This document shows positions 45,473 to 55,039 of a stretch of 64,000 nt of DNA, in pieces. The DNA comes from Myxococcales bacterium. Its GTDB lineage: Bacteria; Myxococcota_A; Polyangia; Polyangiales; Polyangiaceae. The notes under the pieces were generated by a model. That model did no database searches. It was not told where the DNA came from and saw nothing but the letters and a program-made list of their open reading frames with translations. The stretch lies in NCBI GenBank assembly GCA_016703425.1, contig JADJCA010000011.1:314050-378049 (forward strand). Direction: 5' to 3'. The position numbers and the translations under genes were made by a program. The stretch's first letter is position 1. Each line of letters opens with the position of its first letter.

Positions 45473-46228
45473 TCATCCGCGGACGTCGCAGGCCAAGACG
45501 CCGATGCCTTCGATGTCGATTTCGAGGCGATCGCCACCGACCAACGGCCCCACGCCGCTCGGCGTTCCGGTGACGAGCAAGTCGCCCGGCTCGAGCGTCA
45601 TCATGCGGCTCGCGTAAGCGACGAGCGCTGCGACCGAGAAAACCATCTGGCTCGTCCGACCATCCTGGCGGGTCACGCCGTTGACGCGGCAGCGCACGGC
45701 GAGATCACGCGGATCGAGCCGCGTTTCGACGACGGGACCGACGGGACAGAACGTGTCGAAGCCCTTGGCGCGGGACCACTGGCCATCGCTTTTTTGGAGG
45801 TCGCGAGCGGTGATGTCCCCGACGCACGTGTAGCCGTAGACGAAGTCGAGCGCCTCTTGCTCGCGGACCGCCTTCGCCCGCGTGCCGATCACGACGCCGA
45901 GCTCCGCTTCGTGTTCCACGCGCTTGCTTTCCGCTGGCAGGACGATGGCGTCGCCGGGACCGATCAGCGAAGAGCTCGGCTTCAAGAAGAGGAGCGGCTC
46001 CTTGGGCACCTCGTTGCCGAGCTCTTTCGCATGCTCGGCATAGTTGCGACCGACGCAGAGAATCTTGGGCGGCAGGACCGGCGCCAGGAGCCGCTGCGTT
46101 CGCCAAGGTAGGGCCGCCCCATCGCGACGGCCCCCAAGCCACGGGGGCGCATCGAGCGGGAACGCCCTGTCGCCATCGATTTCTGCGAACACCGGGCCCG
46201 AGGGGAGCGCGAGACGAACGATCTGCAC
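45473..46228 (-). CDS. Fumarylacetoacetate hydrolase (FAH) family protein.
   Basis: ...KILCVGRNYAEHAKE...EHEAELGVVIG...GDLLVTGTPSGVG... are FAH-family motifs. Confidence 0.85.
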   Translation of the reverse strand: MQIVRLALPSGPVFAEIDGDRAFPLDAPPWLGGRRDGAALPWRTQRLLAPVLPPKILCVGRNYAEHAKELGNEVPKEPLLFLKPSSSLIGPGDAIVLPAESKRVEHEAELGVVIGTRAKAVREQEALDFVYGYTCVGDITARDLQKSDGQWSRAKGFDTFCPVGPVVETRLDPRDLAVRCRVNGVTRQDGRTSQMVFSVAALVAYASRMMTLEPGDLLVTGTPSGVGPLVGGDRLEIDIEGIGVLACDVRG

Positions 46229-46368
46229 CGCATGCTTGTCTCACGGCGCTCCGAGCGCTTGCAAGGCAGGCGAGGGCGGCGGCGGGCGAAGGCGGCGACG
46301 ACGGGCAGGCGCGCGAGGCTAGGCGCAGCCGTGGCGCGCCCCTACCATCAGCCCGCCCAAAGCCGCCC

Positions 46369-47232
46369 ATGAACATCCGCCTCGCCTTTTCACCCGACAG
46401 CGATGACCTCTTCATGTTCTACGCGCTCGTCGCGGGAAAGATCGACACCGGGGGCCTGACGTTCACCGCCGAGCGTGCCGACACCGAGAGCCTCAACGCG
46501 CGCGCCGATGCCGGCGACGTCGACGTGCTCGCCGTCTCGATCGCGCGCTACGCCACCATTCACGAGCGCTACCAGCTGCTGCCCCACGGCGCGTCCGTTG
46601 GTCGAGGCTATGGGCCCGTTGTTGTGACCGTGCCCGGCGGAGCCACGTCGCTCGACGACCTCCGCGAGAAGCGTGTCGGAATCCCGGGCGCACGCACGAC
46701 GGCGGCGCTGGTGCTCCGCATCTTGATGGGCGCGCGTCCGTATGAGCCGGTGGTGCTCCCCATCTCGCCTTACGCCCGAACCTTTGAGGCGTTGCGCGGC
46801 GGCGAGGTCGCGGCGGCGTTGCTCATCCACGAGGGTCGCTTGACCTACGAGCGCGAAGGATTCGCCCGCGTGCTCGACATCGGCGAAGCGTGGGCCTCGC
46901 AAACCGGCGGCTTGCCCCTTCCGCTCGGCGGCAACGTCATCCGCCGCGACCTCGGCGCGCCGCTCATCGCCAAGGTTTCAGACCTCTGCCGTAAGTCCAT
47001 CGAGTGGGCCATCGCGCACCACGACGAGGTGGCCCAGGCGCTGCTCGCGGCCGATGAGCGCGCCGACGTGGGCCTCGACGCGGGCCTCCTCAATCGGTAC
47101 CTCGCGATGTACGCGAACGAGGACACGCGCGACATGCGCGAAGACGTCGTCCGGGCGATGGCCGAGCTCTTCCGTCGCGGCGCCGACGCAGGGGTCTTTC
47201 TGGGGAATGTGCCCCTCGATTTGGCCCCGTGA
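46369..47232 (+). CDS. MqnA/MqnD-family protein (futalosine-pathway menaquinone biosynthesis; SBP-like fold).
   Basis: MNIRLAFSPDSDDLFMFYALVAG... is the characteristic N-terminus of MqnA/MqnD. Which of the two cannot be decided by eye. Confidence 0.7.
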   Translation: MNIRLAFSPDSDDLFMFYALVAGKIDTGGLTFTAERADTESLNARADAGDVDVLAVSIARYATIHERYQLLPHGASVGRGYGPVVVTVPGGATSLDDLREKRVGIPGARTTAALVLRILMGARPYEPVVLPISPYARTFEALRGGEVAAALLIHEGRLTYEREGFARVLDIGEAWASQTGGLPLPLGGNVIRRDLGAPLIAKVSDLCRKSIEWAIAHHDEVAQALLAADERADVGLDAGLLNRYLAMYANEDTRDMREDVVRAMAELFRRGADAGVFLGNVPLDLAP

Positions 47233-47406
47233 AGCTGCGACGCGACAGACCTCACGCGACCAAACCAGGTCCATCCCGGCCCGCGGGGCGGGGGCCCCTC
47301 GATCCATGCGGGGCCCACATTTCGGGACGGTAGCCCCGGTTGTCGCGGGGTTGTCTGGGAGTTGGCAATAAGAGCGTTTGGCGCGACCCTTGCGAAGAGG
47401 TTGCCC

Positions 47407-49389
47407 ATGCTTTCCCTCCGCCGCCGCCAACTCCTTCAGTCCCTCGCCGCTGGCGCGGGGCTCTCCGCCATCCCTACCCTCGGCTGCTCCGCGAACGCGG
47501 AGGAGGAAGAGGTCACGCTCGATGAGCTCGACGCCAAGGCGACGGCGCTCTCGAAGGTGAAGAAGATCGTGGTTCTCATGATGGAGAATCGCTCCTTCGA
47601 CCACTACTTCGGGCACCTGTCGATCGCGAAGGCCCAGGGCGGTGAAGGCGTCGAGAAGTACAACTACGATCCCCGTCGACCGGACCAGCGCCCCGGCGAC
47701 CGCCGCGTCAACGGCCTGACCGGCAGCGAGTGGAACCCGAAGGCTCCGAACGGCAAAGAGGCCGACGGCGTGAAGGTCTTCTACGCCCACGACAAGCAGC
47801 TCGGCTACAGCATCGGCGACATCAACCACGAGTGGGTCGAGTGCCACAACCAGTGGAACCCCGTTCGCGTCGCGCCCGGTCAGCTCCCGAAGCAAGGCAA
47901 GATGGACGGCTTCATCATCGAGCACCTCCGCGATCGCGGCGAGCTCGGCGACCTCGGTCCGGCCTGGGGCGCCACGTGTGACGCGTTCCAGCAGATTTGC
48001 ACCGACGGCACTCAGAACGCGAGCGCCCTGCTTTGCGGCGCCGAGGCCGGCAAGGACGCGTCCGTCGAGCTCAAGCTCGCGGCCTGCGGGCACGCCGACT
48101 CGCCGATGTCGTATTACAAGCGAAGCGACACGCCGGTCTTCCACGCGATCTACGACCGCTTCGTTCTCTGCGACAACTGGTACGCGTCGGTCTGCGGGCC
48201 GACCTGGCCCAACCGCTACTACGTTCACAGCGGCACCGCCGGCGGCGCCATCGGCACCGACGTCAAGCGCGACTCGCGCCACGACCTCGACACCATCTTC
48301 AAGGTGCTCCGCGACTCGAACATCAACTTCTACAACTTCTACGTCGATGCCCCGCTCATTCAGGCGATGTATGGCAACGACGCGACCAACTTTGCTGACG
48401 CGAACCGCGGCATGGCCAACGTGTTCGCGGGCAACAGCCCCGCGGGCAAGCTCTTCGTGGACGCCGCCAAGGCGAAGAAGGGCTGGCTCGAGAATCTGAT
48501 CCGCAGCGTCGCTCAGGACCGTTCCTTCGAGGAGCGCTGCAAGGTCGGCGACCTGCCGCCCGTCTCGTACATCGAGCCGCCGTATTTCTCTGCCGACGAT
48601 CACCCGCCGCACGACATCCAAATGGGGCAGGCGTTCGTCAAGAGCGTCTACAACATGCTCTACGGCAAGACGGCGAACCGTAAGCAGGCGAGCGAGACGC
48701 TCCTCGTCATCATGTACGACGAGCACGGCTCGTTCTACGACCACCAGGATCCGGGCGTCGCGTTCGCTTCCTCGTCAGCCGACAAAGACGCCGATCGCAA
48801 CTTCAAGCCGCTCGGCTTCCGCGTCCCCGCCATGGTCCTGGGCCCGATGGTGAAGAAGGCGCACGTTTCGCACACGGTCTACGACCATAGCTCGGTCCTT
48901 CGGACCATCTACAACTGGGCCGCCGTTCACGCGAGCATCAACTCGGGCATCTTCACCAAGTGCAGCCCCGGCAAGGAAACCCCCTGCAAGGCAGCTGTCC
49001 GCGGCGTGCAGACGCAGGAGATGATCGACGAGGTCTACCGCGCTGGCTTCCCGACGGACCATCCGCTGCGGCCGCTCCACGCGCAACAAGCCGTGAACGT
49101 CATCCACAAGCCGATGCTCCGCGTCCTCGCGGCCAACGACATCTCCGACTGCCTCGATCCGAACTACGAAGGCACCGAGTCGACCTACAACCCCGGGACC
49201 ACGATGCCCTTCATGCCCGAGGTGAAGACGAAGGAAGGCCTCGTGCTTGCCAGCATGCAGTTCAGTCACGGGCAGGCAGGCGTTGCGGCGGCGCTCGGCG
49301 TCAAGCAGCCCTCGTTCCGTCAGAAGACCGAGGCCGTCAAGATCGTCATGGAGCACATGTATCGCCTCGGCGCCGTCAACATCGGCTGA
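47407..49389 (+). CDS. Phosphoesterase-family phospholipase C (non-haemolytic PLC / AcpA-like), Tat-exported.
   Basis: Tat motif LSLRRRQLLQSLAAGAGL. IVVLMMENRSFDHYFGHL phosphoesterase N-terminal motif. ~660 aa. Confidence 0.8.
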   Translation: MLSLRRRQLLQSLAAGAGLSAIPTLGCSANAEEEEVTLDELDAKATALSKVKKIVVLMMENRSFDHYFGHLSIAKAQGGEGVEKYNYDPRRPDQRPGDRRVNGLTGSEWNPKAPNGKEADGVKVFYAHDKQLGYSIGDINHEWVECHNQWNPVRVAPGQLPKQGKMDGFIIEHLRDRGELGDLGPAWGATCDAFQQICTDGTQNASALLCGAEAGKDASVELKLAACGHADSPMSYYKRSDTPVFHAIYDRFVLCDNWYASVCGPTWPNRYYVHSGTAGGAIGTDVKRDSRHDLDTIFKVLRDSNINFYNFYVDAPLIQAMYGNDATNFADANRGMANVFAGNSPAGKLFVDAAKAKKGWLENLIRSVAQDRSFEERCKVGDLPPVSYIEPPYFSADDHPPHDIQMGQAFVKSVYNMLYGKTANRKQASETLLVIMYDEHGSFYDHQDPGVAFASSSADKDADRNFKPLGFRVPAMVLGPMVKKAHVSHTVYDHSSVLRTIYNWAAVHASINSGIFTKCSPGKETPCKAAVRGVQTQEMIDEVYRAGFPTDHPLRPLHAQQAVNVIHKPMLRVLAANDISDCLDPNYEGTESTYNPGTTMPFMPEVKTKEGLVLASMQFSHGQAGVAAALGVKQPSFRQKTEAVKIVMEHMYRLGAVNIG

Positions 49390-49425
49390 CCGAATCGGGG
49401 CGCACCGGAGCGCCAAATAGACGAA

Positions 49426-49461
49426 GGGCCGCCGCGGATACCGCGACGGCCCTTTTTCTTT
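49426..49461. terminator. Bidirectional Rho-independent terminator between convergent genes.
   Basis: GGGCCGCCGCGG-ATA-CCGCGACGGCCC (11/12 bp stem) followed by TTTTTCTTT. ~35 nt after the PLC stop and before the stop of the convergent lipoprotein gene. Confidence 0.6.
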
Positions 49462-49487
49462 GGCAAGCGAGAGCGTTTAGCCCTGCT

Positions 49488-49931
49488 TCAACCGCACTGA
49501 GAGCTGAGGCTGGTCAACGCGGCGGCGCAGCTCGATGCTTGACCCGTGTCGACGACACTCTGGCACGTGGTCTTCGTGGAACCCGTGAGCGAATCGCAGC
49601 ACGTCTGCAGGTCTTCGCACGCGGTGGCGCTGCCACCCTCCGGCACGGGGCCGCCGGCCTCGATGATCACGCTGGCTTCGATCGGTGTGCCAGCCTCCTT
49701 GATGGTGATCGAACCGCCATCGCGGCTAGTGGCCGGCGGATCCGCCGAGCTGCCCTGACCGGTCTTCGAGCCTGCCGACTCGTTGCCCGAAAGAACGGTT
49801 CCCGGAGACTCGAACGTGTCGCCGGGGGCCTCGCGCGTATAGGACAGGGACGTGTAGGTGCCCGGACCGCCGCTCGAGCACGCGCCCACGAAGAGCGCGC
49901 CCCAGAGCGAAAGATGAAGCTTGTTTCGCAT
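49488..49931 (-). CDS. Hypothetical lipoprotein with a Cys-rich C-terminal region.
   Basis: Lipobox LWGALFVGAC. C-terminus ...ATACEDLQTCCDSLTGSTKTTCQSVVDTGQASSCAAALTSLSSQCG. Confidence 0.5.
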   Translation of the reverse strand: MRNKLHLSLWGALFVGACSSGGPGTYTSLSYTREAPGDTFESPGTVLSGNESAGSKTGQGSSADPPATSRDGGSITIKEAGTPIEASVIIEAGGPVPEGGSATACEDLQTCCDSLTGSTKTTCQSVVDTGQASSCAAALTSLSSQCG

Positions 49932-49940
49932 GGGAACCTC

Positions 49941-50762
49941 TCAGAAGTAGTAGAGCGCGGCGATGTTGTTGGTGAAGAGCGCCCACGGATCGCTTTGAAC
50001 CGTGGTGCCGAACGCGAGCGTGTCGGTCGCGCTGCTGTTGGTGCCGTTCGGCGTGTCTTGCGACTGCTTCGTCGCGATGCGCGCCATGTTCATACCCACT
50101 GAGCCTTGCAGCGAAAGCTGCGGCACGCCAATGAATCCGAACTGGATCTCGGCGCCGGCACGGGCGCCGAGCTCGATGCGCGAGCCGGTGCGGCTCGTGT
50201 CGGGCTGGCCCTGCTGCTTCAGCGTTGATGTTCCACCGGCGAGGAGGAGCTCCGGAACGATGGTGAAGGTGAAGTGCTTGCCGTACGCGAGCGCCACGGG
50301 CACGCCGGCCTTGACGCCGCCGACGAGGACGCCCGGCTGCTCGACGGTTTGCGTCTGGTTGCCGTTGACGTTTTCCGCCGAGCCCGACTGGGTGCGGAGG
50401 CCGAGCGACACGTCGAGGCCGATGCGGTCGCTCATCCAGTAACGCATGCCGATGAACGGCGCGGTGACGAGGCCGAGGCCCGCGACGGGGATCTGCGAGA
50501 CGCCCATGTAGCCGACGGCAAAACGCCCGACGACCTGCTCGTGATCGCTGGGCCCTTCCGGGGCCGCAGCACCAGCGGCCGGCGCCGCAGGGGCCGCGGG
50601 AGGCGTGGGCTTCGGAAGCATCGAGGTGGAGTTGGCGTCGCCGCCCGTGGAAACACTTCCGCCGACGCTGCCGCCGACAGTGCTCGTGTCCTGGGCCGCA
50701 GACGTGCGGGCGCCGAAGAGACAAAGTGCTGCAGCCGAGACGGCCAAGATCGATCGAATCAT
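49941..50762 (-). CDS. Outer-membrane beta-barrel protein (OmpA-N/OmpW-like).
   Basis: Signal peptide MIRSILAVSAAALCLFGARTSAAQ. Alternating beta-strand pattern. C-terminal aromatic ...AALYYF typical of OMPs. Confidence 0.6.
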   Translation of the reverse strand: MIRSILAVSAAALCLFGARTSAAQDTSTVGGSVGGSVSTGGDANSTSMLPKPTPPAAPAAPAAGAAAPEGPSDHEQVVGRFAVGYMGVSQIPVAGLGLVTAPFIGMRYWMSDRIGLDVSLGLRTQSGSAENVNGNQTQTVEQPGVLVGGVKAGVPVALAYGKHFTFTIVPELLLAGGTSTLKQQGQPDTSRTGSRIELGARAGAEIQFGFIGVPQLSLQGSVGMNMARIATKQSQDTPNGTNSSATDTLAFGTTVQSDPWALFTNNIAALYYF

Positions 50763-50900
50763 GATTGGGGTTCCTCTCCTCTCAACGGCGGGAGCTAAAG
50801 CCGAAGCCTCGCCCCCGGTCAAGGCCGTTTCGCCCTAAGTGCCCCTCCGGCCTGCGTAAACTTGTGCAAACGTGGCCTCAGAGGAAGATTCCGGGCATCG

Positions 50901-51752
50901 ATGCGTATCTGGAGGCTCGTTTTCGTACTGCTCGTCTTCGTCGCGTGCCGTCGCGACGCCGGCGGTGGCGGCGCGGGCGTCGACGCCCGGCCGATTCGCG
51001 TCGTATCGCTGTCGCCCTCCACCACCGAGACGCTCTTTGCGCTCGGCGCTGGCGCCGTCGTCGTGGGTCGCTCGCGGTATTGCAACACGCCACCGGAGGC
51101 CCGCGCGGTCCCCGTCGTCGGCGGCTACACCGATCCGAACTTCGAGGCGATCTTCGCCGCGACACCCACGCTCGTGGTCGGCGCTCGCGGTCCTGCGGGC
51201 CCTGCGCTCGCGAGCCGCCTCGCGGAGCGCGGCATCGCCACGATGTTCCCTGAGACGGAGACGGTCAGCGCGATTCACGAGTCGATCCTCGCGCTCGGCG
51301 CCGCCGTCGGTCAGGGCGAGAGGGCGCGCGCGCTGGTTGGCGCCTCGTCGGAGCGAATCGCGAAGACCGCGGCTCGCATCGGCGGCAAGAGGCGGCCTCG
51401 CGTGCTTCTGCTCTTCGACTTGGAGCCGCTCGTCGCCGCGGGGCCGAAGAGCTTCCCCGACGAGCTCCTGCGCCTCGCCGGCGGAGACAACGTGGTCACG
51501 GAAGGGCCGCCCTACCCCGTCTTGAGCCTCGAGCGCGTGCTGGCCCTCGATCCCGACATCATCCTCGACACCACGGTCGCCATGACCAAAGCGCCGACGC
51601 GCATCCACAAGGACACGCCCGGCCTATCTTCGCTGCGCGCGACGCGCGAAGGCCGCGTCGTCGGCATCGACGACGAGAGCGTCTTGCGGCCCGGTCCGCG
51701 CGTGGCCGAGGCCGTGGAGCGTTTCGCCCGCGCGCTCCACGGCGAGCGCTAG
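50901..51752 (+). CDS. ABC transporter periplasmic substrate-binding protein, BtuF/FecB (cobalamin/iron-siderophore) type.
   Basis: ...IRVVSLSPSTTETLFALGAG..VVGRSRYCN.P....VPVVGGYTDPNFEAI.A..PTLVV... matches class III SBPs. Signal peptide. Confidence 0.75.
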   Translation: MRIWRLVFVLLVFVACRRDAGGGGAGVDARPIRVVSLSPSTTETLFALGAGAVVVGRSRYCNTPPEARAVPVVGGYTDPNFEAIFAATPTLVVGARGPAGPALASRLAERGIATMFPETETVSAIHESILALGAAVGQGERARALVGASSERIAKTAARIGGKRRPRVLLLFDLEPLVAAGPKSFPDELLRLAGGDNVVTEGPPYPVLSLERVLALDPDIILDTTVAMTKAPTRIHKDTPGLSSLRATREGRVVGIDDESVLRPGPRVAEAVERFARALHGER

Positions 51753-51761
51753 CGAGCGCGT

Positions 51762-53093
51762 TTACTCAGGAGAACCGTCGGCGGTTTCGGCGGCGACGCT
51801 GGCAGCCGGCGTGCCCGGCGCATCGCCGCGAAGCGTCATCGCGACGAGGAGTGCGACGCCCATGCCGATGGCGCCAGCAATGTAAGGTGCACGCATCGAG
51901 ATCGCGCCGTAAACGTAGCCGCCGAAGGCCGGGCCGATGACCCGAGCCAACGCGGCGAACGACTGGTTCGTCCCCAAGACGGCGCCCTGCCGCGTGGCAT
52001 CGGCGCGTTTCGAGACGAAGGCGGAGACCGTCGGCTGTGTGATCCCGTTGCCGAGCGCCAAGAGGCCCGACGCGGCGTAGAGCAAGCTGCGGCCGAGGCT
52101 AGGCGAGAGCGCGATGCCTGCGAACGCGAGACACTGGAGGGCCGTCCCGACGCGGACGAGGCTCGCCTCAGCGTAGCGCCTCGTCAGCGGACGAATGAGG
52201 CCGCCCTGCACGACCGCGGCGACGACGCCGATGAACGCGAGGAGAATCCCCGTGTCGACCTGGTCCATACCGAAGGCGTCTTTGTTCAAGTAGCGGAAGG
52301 TCTGATCGAGGTTCGTGAAGGCCACGACGATGAGAAAGTTCACCAGGATGGCCCTGGCGAGCGGCGCGTCGGCGAGGACGGCGCGCGCGTGACCCATGTC
52401 GATGGGCGCGAGCGTTCGGCGCGGACCGAGCGGCGGAAGCGACGTGCCCGTCGACTCGGGGGGGCTCGCAGAGCCGGGACGTGACGAAGGCCTCGCGCGG
52501 CGCTCCGGCGGCAAGGACTCGGGGAGACCGAACCAAACCCAGATGAAGTTCACGAGCGAGAGCGCCGCCGCGGCGAAGCAAGCGACGACGTCGGTCTTCC
52601 TGTTGACCGTAATCTTTGCGAGCAGTCCTCCCATCGCGGGCCCAAGAATGAACCCGATGCCAAAGGCCATGCCGACCATGCCCATGCCGCGGGCGCGGTC
52701 TTTCGGCGTCGTGATGTCGGCGATGTAGGCTGACGCGGTGCCCAGGTTGGCCGTCGCAATGCCACCAAAAGCGCGCGCGGCGAAGAGCCACGCGACGCTG
52801 TGGCCGTAGGCGAGACCGAGCCCGAGGCCCAGCATCGTGAGGCCGCTCGCGAAGACCGACCAGACGAGGATCGGCCGACGACCCACGCGGTCCGAGAGAC
52901 GGCCCCAGATGGGGACGAAGAGAAACTGCATCAGCGAATAGATCGCGCCGAGGAGCGTGCCGACGAACGCCGTCGTTCCGAAGCCGTCGCGGGCTTCTTC
53001 CGCGAGAAACGGAATGACGAGACCGAAGCCCAAGAGGTCGAGCACGATGGTGAGGAAGATCGCGCCCAGCGAGGGGTTTCGCTTTGCCTTCAT
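51762..53093 (-). CDS. MFS transporter (drug:H+ antiporter-like).
   Basis: 12 TM. GRLSDRVGRRP motif A. Start overlaps the tlyA stop (ATGA). Confidence 0.85.
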   Translation of the reverse strand: MKAKRNPSLGAIFLTIVLDLLGFGLVIPFLAEEARDGFGTTAFVGTLLGAIYSLMQFLFVPIWGRLSDRVGRRPILVWSVFASGLTMLGLGLGLAYGHSVAWLFAARAFGGIATANLGTASAYIADITTPKDRARGMGMVGMAFGIGFILGPAMGGLLAKITVNRKTDVVACFAAAALSLVNFIWVWFGLPESLPPERRARPSSRPGSASPPESTGTSLPPLGPRRTLAPIDMGHARAVLADAPLARAILVNFLIVVAFTNLDQTFRYLNKDAFGMDQVDTGILLAFIGVVAAVVQGGLIRPLTRRYAEASLVRVGTALQCLAFAGIALSPSLGRSLLYAASGLLALGNGITQPTVSAFVSKRADATRQGAVLGTNQSFAALARVIGPAFGGYVYGAISMRAPYIAGAIGMGVALLVAMTLRGDAPGTPAASVAAETADGSPE

Positions 53094-53899
53094 GGCGCCT
53101 CGCGAAGGGCGAGGACGAAGGCCTCGACGTTGCCCTTGGGGCCAGCGACCGGCGAATCGCACGTGGTGACGACGCGAAAGCCCGAGGTTCTGACCTCTTC
53201 GAGGACCTTTTGGATGGTCCCTTCGCGAAGCGCTTCGTCGCGCACGACGCCGTGGCTCCGCGAAGCTTCTTCGCGACCCACCTCGAACTGCGGCTTGATG
53301 AGCGCCACGAGCGAGCCGCCAGGCGACACCGTTCGAGCGAGCGCCGGCAAGAGGAGGCCGAGACCGATGAACGACGCGTCCACGACGGCGAGGTCAACGA
53401 GGCCGCCGATGACCTCCGGCGTGAGCGTGCGACCGTTGGTGCGCTCGTGGACCGCCACGCGCGGATCGACCCGCAGCTTGTGGGCCAGTTGGCCGTAGCC
53501 GACGTCGACGGCGACGACCTCTTTGGCGCCGCGCTGGAGCAAGCAATCGGTGAAGCCGCCGGTGGAGGCGCCCATGTCGAGGCACCGGAGGCCCGCGACA
53601 GCGACACCGAAGGTGGTGAGCGCGCCGTCGAGCTTGAGGCCGCCGCGCGAGACGAAGGGGTTGTCGGACCCTTTGACGGTCACGTCGGCGTCGTCTTTCA
53701 CCGGCACGCCGGCCTTGTCGACGCGCTCGCCATCGACGAAGACCGTCCCGGCGAGGATCATCGCCTGGGCCCGCGCCCGCGACGGAGCCAAGCCCCGGGT
53801 CACGAGGAGCTGGTCGAGGCGCGCTTTCACGCCGCGGAAATAGCACAGAAGCGTTGGGTTTTTGCCGATGAGGCGCCGCGTCGGGCAAACTGAGGCCAT
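53090..53899 (-). CDS. tlyA: TlyA-family rRNA (cytidine-2'-O)-methyltransferase.
   Basis: S4 domain ARLDQLLVTRGLAPSRARAQ. FtsJ-like MTase LDMGASTGGFTDCLL...VVAVDVGYGQL. The true start is probably a GTG near 53830. Confidence 0.8.
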   Translation of the reverse strand: MASVCPTRRLIGKNPTLLCYFRGVKARLDQLLVTRGLAPSRARAQAMILAGTVFVDGERVDKAGVPVKDDADVTVKGSDNPFVSRGGLKLDGALTTFGVAVAGLRCLDMGASTGGFTDCLLQRGAKEVVAVDVGYGQLAHKLRVDPRVAVHERTNGRTLTPEVIGGLVDLAVVDASFIGLGLLLPALARTVSPGGSLVALIKPQFEVGREEASRSHGVVRDEALREGTIQKVLEEVRTSGFRVVTTCDSPVAGPKGNVEAFVLALREAP

Positions 53900-54650
53900 G
53901 GCCGTCCCCCCGACCGATGCCGCCGCAGCCGCTGGCGCGCCCTCCCGGGCCGGCGCTTGGGTCGACCTGTCGCTGACGCTCCCGATCTTCCTCGTCTACC
54001 ACTTCGGCGTCGTCTTCCTGAACGTTCGCAACGCGACCGACTGGGTCACGACCAACCTCATGGCCGTCTCGGAGGGGTCAACGGGCGTCTATTTGCTCCT
54101 CACGGCCTCCATCGGCGTGGTCTTCGCCGGCTTCTTCTCGTGGCTCGGTCGCGGGCAGGCGTTCAAGACGGGAAAGTTCGTGCAAGTCCTCGTGGAGGGC
54201 ACGGCCTACGCCATCGTGATGCGGCTCACGGGCGCCTGGGCCGCAGGCCTCTTCTTGGGCCCCCACACAGGCAAGGAAGGCTTCGCAAGCGGCGTCATCA
54301 CGTCCTTCGGCGCGGGGTTTTACGAAGAGCTCGCGTTCCGCGTCATCCTCTTCGGCTTCGGTGGTCAGCTCGTCGCGTGGCTCGTCACCGGCGAGCCGTT
54401 TCGTGCGCTCACCGGCGGCTCGCGGCTCTCCGCGCGAGGCTTCTTCGTCATCGCGCTTTGGGGCGCCGCCTGCGCGCTCCTGTTCAGCGGCGTCCACTAC
54501 ATTGGGCCGCTAAGGGACACGTTCACGCTGCCATCGTTCGCCTTCCGCGCGGCGCTCGGCGCGGTGCTCACGCTCATCTACGCGTTCCGCGGCTTCGCGA
54601 CCGCCGTGTGGGCCCACGCCATCTACGACGTTTGGGTGGTGGTGTTCTAG
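53898..54650 (+). CDS. CPBP-family intramembrane glutamic endopeptidase (CAAX protease-like).
   Basis: EELAFRVILFG (motif 1), ...SGVHY..., HAIYDVWVV (motif 3). Multiple TM. Confidence 0.75.
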   Translation: MAVPPTDAAAAAGAPSRAGAWVDLSLTLPIFLVYHFGVVFLNVRNATDWVTTNLMAVSEGSTGVYLLLTASIGVVFAGFFSWLGRGQAFKTGKFVQVLVEGTAYAIVMRLTGAWAAGLFLGPHTGKEGFASGVITSFGAGFYEELAFRVILFGFGGQLVAWLVTGEPFRALTGGSRLSARGFFVIALWGAACALLFSGVHYIGPLRDTFTLPSFAFRAALGAVLTLIYAFRGFATAVWAHAIYDVWVVVF

Positions 54651-54659
54651 ACTCGCGCC

Positions 54660-55007
54660 ATGCTCCGCGACGCACTTCGCCTCCTCATCCTCGTTCTCAT
54701 CGTCTGGGTTCTCTACAAGCGTTTCGGAGGAAAGATCATGGGCGCCAAGGCACGGGAGCTGGTCGGTGCGGGGGCTCTGCTGCTCGACGTACGAACGCCA
54801 TCGGAGTTTTCCGGTGGGCACCTTCAAGGCGCCATCAACATCCCCGTCTCGGAGCTCGGCGCACGCGTGGCCGAGCTAGGCGAAGATCGCGCGCGTCCCA
54901 TCGTTGTCTATTGCGCGAGCGGCATGCGCAGCGCGTCGGCCAAGACGACGCTCCGCGGCCTGGGCTTCGCGGACGTGCACGATCTCGGCGGCATGAACCG
55001 CTGGTGA
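54660..55007 (+). CDS. Rhodanese-like domain protein with an N-terminal TM.
   Basis: ...LLLDVRTPSEFSGGHLQGAINIP...VVYCASGMRSA... Active-site Cys loop CASGMRS. Confidence 0.8.
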   Translation: MLRDALRLLILVLIVWVLYKRFGGKIMGAKARELVGAGALLLDVRTPSEFSGGHLQGAINIPVSELGARVAELGEDRARPIVVYCASGMRSASAKTTLRGLGFADVHDLGGMNRW

Positions 55008-55039
55008 TCGCCGTCGCCGGTCCGTGTTATCAGCGGAGA

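Noticed and set aside
53957-55039. First 360 codons of the 709-aa track ORF ending at 56086
   Set aside because: Out-of-frame overlap with the CPBP and rhodanese genes. Arg/Gly-rich. The real secreted protein starts at 55040 with a signal peptide.
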